DNA of 63,125 bases, filler included, from Choristocarpus tenellus KU-1152 (taxonomy: Eukaryota > Protista > Phaeophyceae), in the NCBI GenBank assembly GCA_964200185.2. It is 10 parts of 10 records of this genome, joined end to end, with 100 filler letters (N's around TTAATTAATTAA, not from the genome) between each part and the next. Parts side by side here need not be neighbours in the genome. Positions count along the whole stretch, not along the records: positions 25,307 to 29,480 come from CAXNAD020015847.1; positions 29,581 to 36,262 come from CAXNAD020007573.1; positions 36,363 to 47,050 come from CAXNAD020002784.1; 7 more parts are not named here. One strand, given 5' to 3'. The notes below the pieces were generated by a model that worked only from the letters and a program-made list of their open reading frames with translations, did not search any database and had not been told where the DNA came from. Below, in pieces: positions 25,513 through 36,878 of the stretch. Position 1 is the stretch's first letter, and every line of letters starts with the position of its first letter. The position numbers and the translations under genes are program-made.

Positions 25513-28500
25513 GATGGGCAGGCAAGAATATCCTGCATCACATCATGCAATGGAGAATAACGCTAGACATGTGTGGAATGTTCCTGGACTGTACCCTGCT
25601 ACAGATAATTCACAGCCCAGGACTGCCATCCATGGGGGCGACAAGCTCCATCATTACACAATGTACCCTCAGCCAGCCTATGGCTCATATGATGCCACTG
25701 TACTGGGGATGGTACACCAATCAACTGATCCCATGACAGGTGCAGATAACAGAACCTGGGTGAACAGCGACTGGCAAGCTCCCTCACCTCCCCAGCCTCC
25801 GGTGGGGGATCAAGGCCAATGCACTGAGCCATATGCAAGGGGTGGCTGTGGAACCCCTGTGACAGCATATAGGGGTTGGGCAGATGTTGAGCCAGTCCAG
25901 CGCACCAATGTTCAAGAGGGAGGGATGAGGTCTAAGGGAGTGCCTAACAAAGCAAGCAGAGGTGAGGTTCACTTATTTGTGTGTGAGTGCCAAGGGATCA
26001 CGTTTCATGTAGGGCAGCACATGTCCTCATCGCCGGAGATATTTATTGAAGTTAGTCCTAGTGATGAGATGCATATAGTTGTGATGACTGCCTAGTGTTG
26101 CTGTAACTAGAGATGCCGCCAATGATGTGCCAACAATGTATTTTCTCCGGTGACCTCGTCTGCCAAGAGCACAGTCGATTGAAGTAAGGAGCACATTAAA
26201 CACTGTATCCTAAGGGGTTTTAGTTAGCAATATTTTTCAAAATCATTAGAAGTGCTATTTACCATATCTTAGTCTAAAAGCTGTTGCATAGCCAATATAT
26301 TATGACTCTGTCTTACAGATTTGGTCCTCTTGAGTAAAAATCTAGCCCCATAATTTAATCTCTTCCATTTCCTGAGTCGGTGACTGGTCAAAACGTTGTC
26401 AACTCAGAACCTTTGCTGGACGAAAATTTCTGTTGTGTTTTCCTGTAGACTTTGGATTTCAATTATTAAAGTTCTGCAGGTGAGGGTATATTTCCAGCTA
26501 GAGGCTACTCTGAGACTTTCTCACAACCCACTCAAGAGCACCATTGTGCCTTTGTAACTTCATTTGATTCAGGTGCTGGAGGGTTCTAGGAGGTAGACTA
26601 GTCTGTCATTAACCCATCTACTGTCCCCTCCATCTTTCATTCATCGTTGTGCATTCCAAAACAATATGGGCACAATGTATGTTTCGACCTAAGACATTCT
26701 GGCAGGTGCACACATGACCAACTATGCTTTCTATGGTCAGGCGCATTCCCCTAGTAAGATGACTATCGGAAGCCATCAGGAAAATCAGGTCAAGCAAGGT
26801 GATTTTTTTCTCGGAGTACTCAATCATGTTGAAGTTGAAGTTGCAATGCTTCTCTTATGCCTTCCTGCTGAGTCAAAGCATCTTAGAGGGTAGAGCCGTG
26901 TCCATTTAGGGCCCAAAATCCAATGTTGCGATTTTGGTGTAACTTTGGCTATCGTGTTTGTTTAGGAAGTGTCAATATCCTTGTTCCGGACACACCTTTC
27001 CGTAACGTATACGTTATACCTATTCCGGAACATTTTGGAGTAGAAAAATGTTGCAAAAATATCCGTGTGAAGCCAAGCTCCAAACGGACAAACAGAGCAA
27101 AGCTCGTACCCTAACCCTAAGATACTTTTACTCTGCTGTTGTAGGCCTATGGCGTAGTATAATACAGAAAATATGGTTTTGTTCAAAACATGGGAGGCCA
27201 CCTATATTTCCGCTGTTTGTTCACCCCTCTCCACAATATTTGATTAATTCTAACGCCTGCTATTACCAATGGTTCTAGAACACATCCTTTCCTACTGTGT
27301 CGTGAGTTTTGGGAGGATTCAGGTGATACCAGACATTTACACGATAATTTACAGCACATTTCTAAATCAAGCTGTGCATATGGAACCCAGGATCAATCTT
27401 CTCCTCATCTTCTATAACCCAATCACACTGACTCACCTGATATCGCCCCTTTTTCTGTGACTTGTCCACTTGTGGTCCTTAAGCAGAGCTCAACAAGGGA
27501 CCAACCCCTCTAGTAGAAACCATGGTAGAAGGGAGGAGCAGAGGGCGAGCTTGGATGAGAAAACTTCGTCACCGTAATCGGAAGGTCCAGTCCTGTCCAA
27601 AAACATTATACCAAAGCCCTTGTACAAACCCCCTCAGCATGGCTGTTGCCATTTTAATCTCATCCTTTGAAACCCTCAACTCATTGCACAATACTCATAG
27701 CATATAGATGAATCCCTTCAAACTTCATCCTTGTTCTTCAACCTCTCTCCTAAAAACATTAGCACGCACTGTCAGCTTGAAGTGATTAACAGCTAGCAAT
27801 ATATAGACACCATTCAACGCTATGCTCTACCGCATGTTATGGCACAAAGAGTATGCTTCATTGTTAAATTTACCTGTCGTTGCGATTGAGCGAGCCCTAA
27901 CCCTTGGCCAAGTCTCTTTATGCGACTTCTCCTAAAAATATTGTAACTGAACCAAATTTTATCAGCATTGTAAATGCCAACTCTCTCTGTGATATACCCT
28001 CTGCCACATCCTCACTGTGCCTGTACCACACCCACCGAAGGACTCATCATCACCTGGAGGAAAGAAGACTTATCGAAAAAACACTGAAAGTGGGAACAAT
28101 GATAGTGGTGAGGATGGTAGTGATTCGTCTTAGAAGCTTGACATTACTTGAGCCAAAGTATCTTAGAGGGTAGAGTTGCGTCCATTTGGGGGCCAAAATC
28201 CAATGTTGCNNNNNNNNNNGTGTAATTTTGGCTATCGTGTTTGTTAGGAAGTGTCAATATCCATGTTCCGCACACACCTTTTCATCACGTGTACATTTTA
28301 CCTACTCCTAAACATTTTGGAGTAGGAAAATGTCATTTAAAAAAAATTGGGAAGCCAAGCCCCAAATGGACAAACAGGGCAAAACTGGTACCCTCTAAGA
28401 TACTTTCACTCTTTCCTACCCACCAAGGTAAGGGTTAGGGTTGTTATTCGTGTCTTTCTGTCTGCAAGACATGGTCTACCAAGTTGCTTTGAGGTGTTGT

Positions 28501-29036
28501 TTCGATCCCCTTCAGAAGAAGAACCAGCTCGCTGCAGGTAAGATGCAGAGTGGGGCTGCACCATTGTACCACGACAGATGATACCATACTTTAAATAATT
28601 GCATTGGAAACCTAGCACACATTTTACACGGGCATCTGTAAAAAAAAAGAAGAAGAAAAAAAAGTTGAAGTTAGCCACAAGCAAGGCGATGTATTCAGAG
28701 AAATACCATTGTGAAGGAAAAGTGATGCTCATGACACTACCTTAACACTGTAATGTACCTAGAATGTAGCAGGAAAAAAATCACTTGATGCTGACAGTTG
28801 GACATTTATTGGGTTATGGCAGGTCAGTCTGCTAATAAATGTAAATAGGAGAGAAGATACGCTACCCTTTCCCCCTTTACCTATGGCCGTCCAGAAAGCA
28901 GTGGCTCGAGTGAAAGCTTCATATCAAGCTCCAATAGTTCGAGCTACAGCAGTTCGAGCTCCACAGGTTCGAGCACTACTTCCAACAGCCAAAGCACGAG
29001 TGACACCAGCAGCACCAACAGGAAAAGCAGCACAGG
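25513..29036 (+). CDS. Internal exons of an unknown, largely disordered Ser/Pro-rich protein
   Basis: Four GT-AG exons with matching phases: 25513-25961, 27487-27584 (ELNKGPTPLVETMVEGRSRGRAWMRKLRHRNRK), 28041-28107, 28895-29036 (ESSGSSESFISSSNSSSYSSSSSTGSS...). No domain recognised. Confidence 0.55.
26870..27133. mobile_element. MITE family B, full copy in intron, 4-bp TSD TGCT
   Basis: TIRs GAGTCAAAGCATCTTAGAGGGTA / TACCCT[AACC]CTAAGATACTTTTACTC; TGCT at 26866-26869 and 27134-27137. Confidence 0.92.
28150..28411. mobile_element. MITE family B, full copy in intron
   Basis: TIRs GAGCCAAAGTATCTTAGAGGGTA / TACCCTCTAAGATACTTTCACTC; internal sequence collinear with the 20187 and 26870 copies. 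Confidence 0.92.
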
Positions 29037-29480
29037 GTAACTCTAGGGTACTGCAACATTGCTGGCTCGTATAGTCCTAGAGGGAAGACCAGGCGTCCAT
29101 TCAGGGCCTTGTCACTCTGTAATGATTCTCATGTCATTAGAGTGAACGTGTCAGATGTATGAGTAGTTTCCTTCATCTGGACGCACTTTCCTTTCCCACT
29201 CCCATGCCTGGACCAAATTCGAAGGAAATTCACTTGCAAAGCCCCCCCATCAAATTGGGGTGTTTTAGAACATCCCATCAAGCCCCGAATGGATGACCTG
29301 GTCTTACCCTCCCAACCTCTAGGATATTATGGAATACGTTTTAGTACAGAGTCATGTAAAAATTTAAACTTATTCTCAGATCATGCAAAAGACCGTCTCC
29401 AAAATGGGAGGGGGGGGGGGGGGGAGTTGTCGCCCTTCCCAAAGGTAACATTCCTGACCATTGGAGACTGGGGGATATGT

Positions 29481-29580
29481 NNNNNNNNNNNNNNNNNNNN
29501 NNNNNNNNNNNNNNNNNNNNNNNNTTAATTAATTAANNNNNNNNNNNNNNNNNNNNNNNNNNNNNNNNNNNNNNNNNNNN
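29481..29580. other. Artificial contig linker
   Basis: N44-TTAATTAATTAA-N44. Confidence 0.98.
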
Positions 29581-31321
29581 GTAATATTTGAACAAAAATA
29601 TATCCGTACCCTTCAAAAGTGCCGAAACATTTCCAAAAAAAGGACATATCCCGGGCCCTTCCAGGTGCAAAAACAGTTGAAAAAAAACCTTTTGGTACTT
29701 TTTTAAGACCGTTTTCGCAAAACAACCATCCTCATAGCCCCGCTCCATCCTCAATTTTGAAAATCCACTGTTCTATACTCGCACTACGCTATTACTGTAA
29801 AAAGAACATATAAGCATCTTCAAGCCCCTTCTTTTGTGTCCTCCCACATTGTGACCATCCATAGGTATGTAACACAAAAAACATGTTCTCAACAACAGAT
29901 CACTTTCTCATTGTTCGAGCCACACAATATGGGATGGATGTGGCAATCAATTACTCGTCTCATATTAGCAACGCAGCAGGAAGAGAAATAATGCCAATTG
30001 ATCTCTTCTGGTTACGGCCATTGTTTAACAAGGGTACAGTTACTTCAGTAGTAGTAGTAGTTTTGTTGCATACTAACAAGTACAATTCCTCAGAAGTACA
30101 TCCTTCCGAACCATCTCTTGAGCATTAGTACTACCTGACAGAACTACTTACCACGAACATACACGTATGAGTAGTGGGTGATCCCGGTACTTGACGTTCT
30201 TCCAATACTTCCAGCAACATCACAGTAGTATACAGTACAGAGGCAACATACATACAGAAAACCTGTCTGTGCCCTTCATCTCCTGCATTATCAGGACATG
30301 CATGAGGCGCCTGATATCTTCTATCATCACAGCAAGAACTGAGCACAACACACAAAGCAAGGGGAGTCTTCTTCCGCCCAACATTGTAAACTTGTGCCCG
30401 TCGACAATGCCACACATTGAGGTGTCTCACTTGCCTCCTTCAACTGTCGTACTCCTCCATCGCTTACAGGGTGTTTTTTTATCGCAGAAGAATCATACTT
30501 TGCATATTTTCTCATGCCTTAAGTCACCTTCCACCACAGGTTGTGTTGTGGTACACAAATCAATGCGTCTGTGAAACAAGCGAGAGGGACAGCAGCAAGA
30601 TCGCACACAATGCACCACATCTTCACACTCACCCTCCAGTCAGTCACAACCACAGTAGTGATCTAACCTTCCTTGCTCCAGAAAGTACACCCGAAACCTA
30701 GCTAGCAACAACTGCAACACCATATCAATGGCCATCCCTTGTCCTGCATCCAATGCATCGATGACAATAAGACTATAGTATTGATTGTCTGTGAATAGTC
30801 CATGTGTTCCTCCTCGGTGCAACACAGCGTCAGCCAGTGCCACTGCAGATAACTTTCAAAAAGTGGGTTGACCGATGCAACCAGAACTGTTCACGCCTTC
30901 CACCCCTTGCAAAATCAGGCAGTCCGAGCTCAATACCAAGTCCGACTCATCAAGACCCACAGGTAGTAGATCCACAACTCACCACCCAAAACAAACGCTC
31001 TGAGCACATAAAAATCAACCCCTCAAGGCCCACGCCAAGATCAAAGGGGTGATGAACACGGTGTCAACTCAACATTTCCACCAGTAGGATGGCAGGATTG
31101 GTTCAAGTCAGGGCTTATATGCTGCCTTAAGCCAGCGAAGCACTGTGGTCACCCATCAACCTCTTCTCACCCACTAACATCACCGCCATTCGTAGCATGG
31201 TTCTCAAGACAAGCAAGTGCTTTCCTCGACATGCAAAAAAACCCAGGCACCAATCATCGAACCAGTTTCTATTAGGACAATACAGTTTGGGACACAAGAC
31301 ACCCCCCTCACATGTACAAAT

Positions 31322-34300
31322 CTACGCCGAGCAGGTCGACCCAACATTTGGGAAGTCAGGGACTGTTTTACTCCTAACCTTCCCCTTGCTCTTTCCCTTC
31401 CCTCCACCCCCTTCTGCACCCTTGCCACTGCTTTTCCCCACCTTCCTCCCCCTCGGTACATCAGCACCATCTATCAAGGGAGAGTGGATGCACATCCACA
31501 ACAAAAAAGTATCGTGGTGGACAAGTGCAGCAGCATCATCATCATCATCATCATCAACAACAACAACAGGAGTTGGGGGAGGGGGGGGTGAGGGGTTTAC
31601 TGCAGAGATGAATATAAAACAATCACAATTCAGTTGCATTTCAGACACCAATTTCTTCAACCTATCGTGAGGGAGATAATGGGAAACGGTTGACGTGGAG
31701 GCTCATGGTCATGTGTATTTTCACGTGGTTAGACAACTTAAGCAATAAGAATAGATTATGATGACACAACTTATGGTACAAAAAATGAAAAATATAAGAA
31801 TTCCTAACATCGAAAATTGTATTATTTAAAAACAAAGGGGTTTTGGGTGGTAGGTCTTGCAGTTATTCTATATAAAAGATACTAGATTTAATAGTTTAAA
31901 AAAATACAATAAAGATCAAAGTATTCCTGTGTGTGTATGTGAGCGCGCGCAAACGCGCGCGATCGTGCATATGGAACCATTTAACACGCTAAGGAACCAA
32001 CAAATCTGGAAATTCTGGACTTCTGTAAGGTAAGAAATCGGGAGTCAGTGGAGTCAGTGTATCACTACGAATTTACCCTCACAACAATACAAAAAATATG
32101 AATATACCATCAAACTTTTTTTTTTCCTTCTCTTGATTGTACCATACCAAACAGTATCACCTACTAAAAAAACTGAAATCCTTATTATTACTAGTGCCTG
32201 TGAGCGTCCTTTATTTTTCTTCTGGGAAATAAAAATGATGAAAATAACTATTAATTACGACTACACTCCCGGTAGCTCAGGGTTAGGGTTTGTTCACCAG
32301 AGTTTCAACACCATTGACCACACTAGGGCAAACATTACATGTAGCAGGAAGTGTCACAGAATGACAGGAGACTGTGAGAGCCTTTGACACCCACGCTGGT
32401 TCAAGATGAGAATCCAGTTAGGGAAGCAAAAGTAGCCAAAATTCAATTGGTACACCGGTTTTGAGGGAAAATCGGAGATTTCCTGTAAATTAGATATTTG
32501 GGAGGGATTGGTAAGGTATGACAAAGTAAGGTATATATAGATGCTGCAACCACCGTGGGGGGTAGTTCTGCAATGACTCTCCCCTCATTAGGCTTTTGCT
32601 GCAAGCATATGCTATGTGGCTTGATTAGATTATTGAGAGTGCGTCTAGAAAGGTTTCAGATCGGACAAACCTCAAGAGAGCAAAATCAATATCATCCAAC
32701 AACGCCAATGAAGTATGTACGAAAACCTCGATAATGGGTCTATAAGTGGTTTCAGACCAGGCAAAGCTCAACAGAGCAAGATCAATGTCAACCAACAGCA
32801 TACATATGAAAACCTCGATCTGGGTCTACACATATCACCAACATACATTACACTGCTGACAGTATATACCCATTACCTCATACCGACATCGTGATGTTCT
32901 ACCGACACTTACCTCAAAAACCTATGTACACTTTCCTGAATCCAACAGAACGCACGACCGCGGCTCAAGCCCAGCAGACAAGGACCTTATCTCTCTAGGC
33001 GACACCACTTAAAAAGCATCAAGCAAGGAGATCATCGTTTGACCCCGTGCTAACACCCAACAGAGTGTGTCATCAAAACCTCAATCAATTATGCCTCAAT
33101 TCACTCCAAATAATATATATATATATATAACCATAACCAAGCACAGGTACTTACTTTCCTGTTCTTTCTGTTCTTAAAAAAAATAAATCTAGACACAAAT
33201 ACCAAGTGAACATATAAAATCGCTGCAACACACACACACACACACGTAAAAAAACAAACACGTGAGAGCATCTAAAAAAAAAAAAACTCTCGGAAGCGCT
33301 ACTAACTCTTAGCCCGCGACACTAAACGCCAACCTAGACACGCCTTTTCCCTTCGAGACCTTTCAGAAACATTGGACATCTCACCCCACATGTCCCGGGA
33401 CGAGATCTACCACACTTTGAAGGTGTACCTTTAAAGACAACAAAAAGGCAATTAAAAAAGAAACCCTCACAAAAAACCCCGGTACCAACCAGAACCAGAC
33501 CATCAAACCATCCTTTAAAAAGTCAACACACACACACACACACACACAAAACCCTTACCCTAAGACTCAAAAGGACTGCAGTCAACGAATGACAGTCCTA
33601 CTACTTGACTCAGTTCTAGCAATACATATATATATATCAAAATACAGGCTCTCAAATCAGTCCAAATGCTACTCTCTCTCTCTCTCTCTCTATTTTACAT
33701 CAGTCACCCTGTCAACAATAAAACTACTACTTACTACCTCTTTTTCTGTAATATTATTTTCTTAATACTTTCTTTGCTGTTGCTGTTGCTGTTATTGTTG
33801 TTGTTATTGTTCTTGTTTTTGTCCAATAACTCTTCTTTCCGTCAGCCCCCAGTCATCACATCACATCACATCACATCACATTGCATCATGTCGGATGACA
33901 TAGACAGGCGATGTCAAAGATCACTACCAACGCCCTCCCTGATGCCCTCACAATGCGACTTGCAACACACAGGCAGTCGCCACACATCATCACTACTGTT
34001 ACCACCTTCACGCTCATCACAGTACCACACAGGCGATGTTGATGTTGAGGGAGTCGCACCCAGTCCTCTTGTGAAGATGAAAAGTCTCATCAACAAACCC
34101 TAACCCTAACCACCGTACAAACCATACACACACACAATGCACACAACACACAACATTGTACAAAATTATAGAAAAAAAAAAATTGTTGGCCCAAAGCATC
34201 TGACGCCGAGTCAGAGATTCCAGCCAATCAGACATTGTTGTGGATTGGCGGATTGGTATGACATCATAAGGTACACCATCAACATTCATAAATAAATATA

Positions 34301-35301
34301 TATATATATATATATTTACTACATATACTGCTGAAGGTAAGTATTCGACTCTTCATACCGTGGTAAGTTTTATCTTACCGTAGTTAGTCATACCGTGGTG
34401 AGTTTTATCTTACAATAGTGTTAATGTTCCACCAACGCAACTAATTCTACATCCAGTGCCCTGACAAACACCTAAGAAAAGAAGGGGTACACCCTTGACT
34501 AGAACAAGTCAAGACACTTCAAAAAAAGCTACACCCTTGATTACAACAAGTCAAGACACTATAAAAAAGGTACACCCTTGATTAGAACAATTCAACACAC
34601 TACAAAAAAGGTACACCCTTGATTAGAACAAGTCAACACACTTCAAAAAAAAGGTACACCCTTGATTAGAACAAGTCAACACACTACAAAAAAAGATAGC
34701 AATTTCATGTACTCCTGTGACCAAACTCATGCGGATCGGAAAGCGTGCTACACCAACAGATCGTTTAAAGTAAAACCGCATTAAAGAACAAACTTGAAAC
34801 CTGAAAGAAGAAAAAAAACAATAAAAAACAAACCAAACTTTCCTCTGTTCAGCATCGGCTCAAAGAGTTTCTTTTTGCTGGGCATGCCATGCTACTAATG
34901 CACAAGAAGGTACAAGTTTGTTTTCTAAAAAATATATATTATATACCACTAATTTACTCAGAAGACTTAATAACGCCGGAGCCCCGCTCGGAGAAAGCTC
35001 AGCATTAATCGAAGGAGATCTTCAAATAAAAAAAATTATTGCTGCAAAAAAAAAAAACAGGTGGAAAAAAATGGTCCTATTATGTATGTATGTAGCGTAA
35101 GAGTATATCCCATCAAGCTAAGCAAGGCACACATTGATAGTATCATCGCCTCTATAAAAGAAGAAAAAAGAACTTCGAGTCGTCATACAGACATTTAGGT
35201 CTTACTCAGTCGGGACATTATTTTTTTCCCTTCTCAATGCCACAGAAAGCACGCAGCAGGCCTCTTTATCACTACAAGAACTAATTCATGTGCGAGTTAG
35301 A

Positions 35302-35353
<52 letters not shown>

Positions 35354-36099
35354 TAGTTTTCCAGAAGTGAAATGCCCCACATGGTGTTTGAACTGGTGCT
35401 GAGCAGAGGAAGTAAGGCACTCATATCTCCCCCTTACATGCTCCTGTTCTCAACACCCTTGAGGCGTTGTGTCTTTCAAAATTACTTTTTTTTTATCGGT
35501 TGAAGAAAATGCGAGGAAACAACTATGAGAAATAGGTAGGAAGGAAAAAATTCATTAATAATAAAAAAATCTTTGTATCGGAATGAGTGGGGCTGTCTGT
35601 CGTGTTGGTGTAGGAAGCACACACCGTGGATATCAACCTCATCCATATTATTATTATTATTATTATTATTAAAAAAAAGGATTTTACCTTCTGATTTCCA
35701 AACAATAAAACAAAACCCAATATATATTCTTTTAATCGGAATAGACGGCCGTCATGGGTTGCAGGAACAAAAACCATGGATATCGGATTCACCGAACATT
35801 CAGGTACACTACTATACCCCTCCCAATACGGGCACAACGCCTTTCCCAAAAAACAAAACCCATATATATATATATATATATTTATTTTTTCAATACACGG
35901 GCTTTTGATATTCCTTACCTCCCGGAGCCTCCATGAAATTTGGGTTGTCTCCCCCATCAATGCGTCGTTTCATCCAGTTAGGCGCTCCCAACCGCTTCTT
36001 CGCTCCCATGAGGGGATGCACCACGGTGAAGAAGTGGTAGACATGTCCACAGAAAATACCCAGCAGGTGCGGGATGGCTGCCGCCGGCTGACCCTGCTC
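31322..36099 (-). CDS. Derlin (Der1-like, rhomboid pseudoprotease), C-terminal part
   Basis: Exon 36099-35919 (missed by the ORF track) = EQGQPAAAIPHLLGIFCGHVYHFFTVVHPLMGAKKRLGAPNWMKRRIDGGDNPNFMEAPG, with the Derlin TM6 signature LLGIxxGHxYxF..P...L..P.W. Phase-1 donor G|GTAAGG fits a tentative terminal exon 31470-31322 (DGADVPRGRKVGKSSGKG...*). Confidence 0.8.
31772..32146. mobile_element. Candidate TA-flanked MITE (Tc1/mariner-like)
   Basis: Perfect 10-bp inverted ends TATGGTACAA / TTGTACCATA; AT-rich interior with a GCGCGCG-caaa-CGCGCGC hairpin at 31943-31960; single copy in the window. Confidence 0.35.
32652..32828 (+). repeat. Diverged tandem duplication, period ~96 bp
   Basis: GGTTTCAGA...GAGCAA.ATCAAT.TCA.CCAACA...GAAAACCTCGAT..TGGGTCTA starting at 32652 and 32748. 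Confidence 0.75.
34486..34694 (+). repeat. Minisatellite, 5 x ~41-bp unit with internal hairpin
   Basis: Unit GGTACACCCTTGATTAGAACAAGTCAACACACT(A/T)CAAAAAA, head-to-tail with no spacers. Confidence 0.95.
35303..35349 (+). repeat. (TG)n microsatellite
   Basis: Pure dinucleotide run. Confidence 0.95.
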
Positions 36100-36170
36100 C
36101 TGAAGAACAGCGGCTTTTTTTTTTCACAAGCAAGCAAATTAAATAAGATTAAATAAAAAAAGGAAAGATT

Positions 36171-36211
<41 letters not shown>

Positions 36212-36262
36212 GAAGATATTTTACAAAGGACCAAAAAAGGGGGGAAAAAAAATGGAGAGAGG

Positions 36263-36362
36263 NNNNNNNNNNNNNNNNNNNNNNNNNNNNNNNNNNNNNN
36301 NNNNNNTTAATTAATTAANNNNNNNNNNNNNNNNNNNNNNNNNNNNNNNNNNNNNNNNNNNN
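36263..36362. other. Artificial contig linker
   Basis: N44-TTAATTAATTAA-N44. Confidence 0.98.
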
Positions 36363-36840
36363 CTCCACCCCCCATGTCCACCCCAGAAGATGAAGATGAT
36401 GTAGACGAATGCAACATAGCTGTGGTGGGGGCCACACGACCCACATCTCCCCCTTGGTGCTGCTGCTGCAGCGTCGGGCCAACAGAGTACCCCCCCCCCA
36501 TCCCACCTGGTGGCAGTGCTGGAGCACCCTGGGCCACTCCTGTAGCCACCCCAGCCAGAGGTCTCAACACTGGTGGAGAACGCTGTACCTCAATGTTGTC
36601 ATCCTCGTGTGGCAAAACCGGCTCTATGGGTGGGGGCGCGGGGAGCACCACTCCAGCACACCCACATGTGGCATTTAGTGTGTGAGCTCTGAGCTGTAGA
36701 CGATACTTACAGTACTCAGCAGCAGTCACATGCAGATCAAAGTTTACAGCAACCAAAAAAGCTATTTCGAGGGCATTCATCTCATGGCACGGGACACCTC
36801 CAACCTGTTAGTTAATACAAAGCAAATGCCACAATACACA

Positions 36841-36878
<38 letters not shown>

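Noticed and set aside
30130-31100. Possible piggyBac-like motif (GLFTDNQYYSL) in decayed sequence
   Set aside because: One short motif only, with no flanking conserved blocks, TIRs or TTAA site found
31943-31960. GC hairpin as a Helitron 3' end
   Set aside because: No CTRR terminus at the expected distance on either strand
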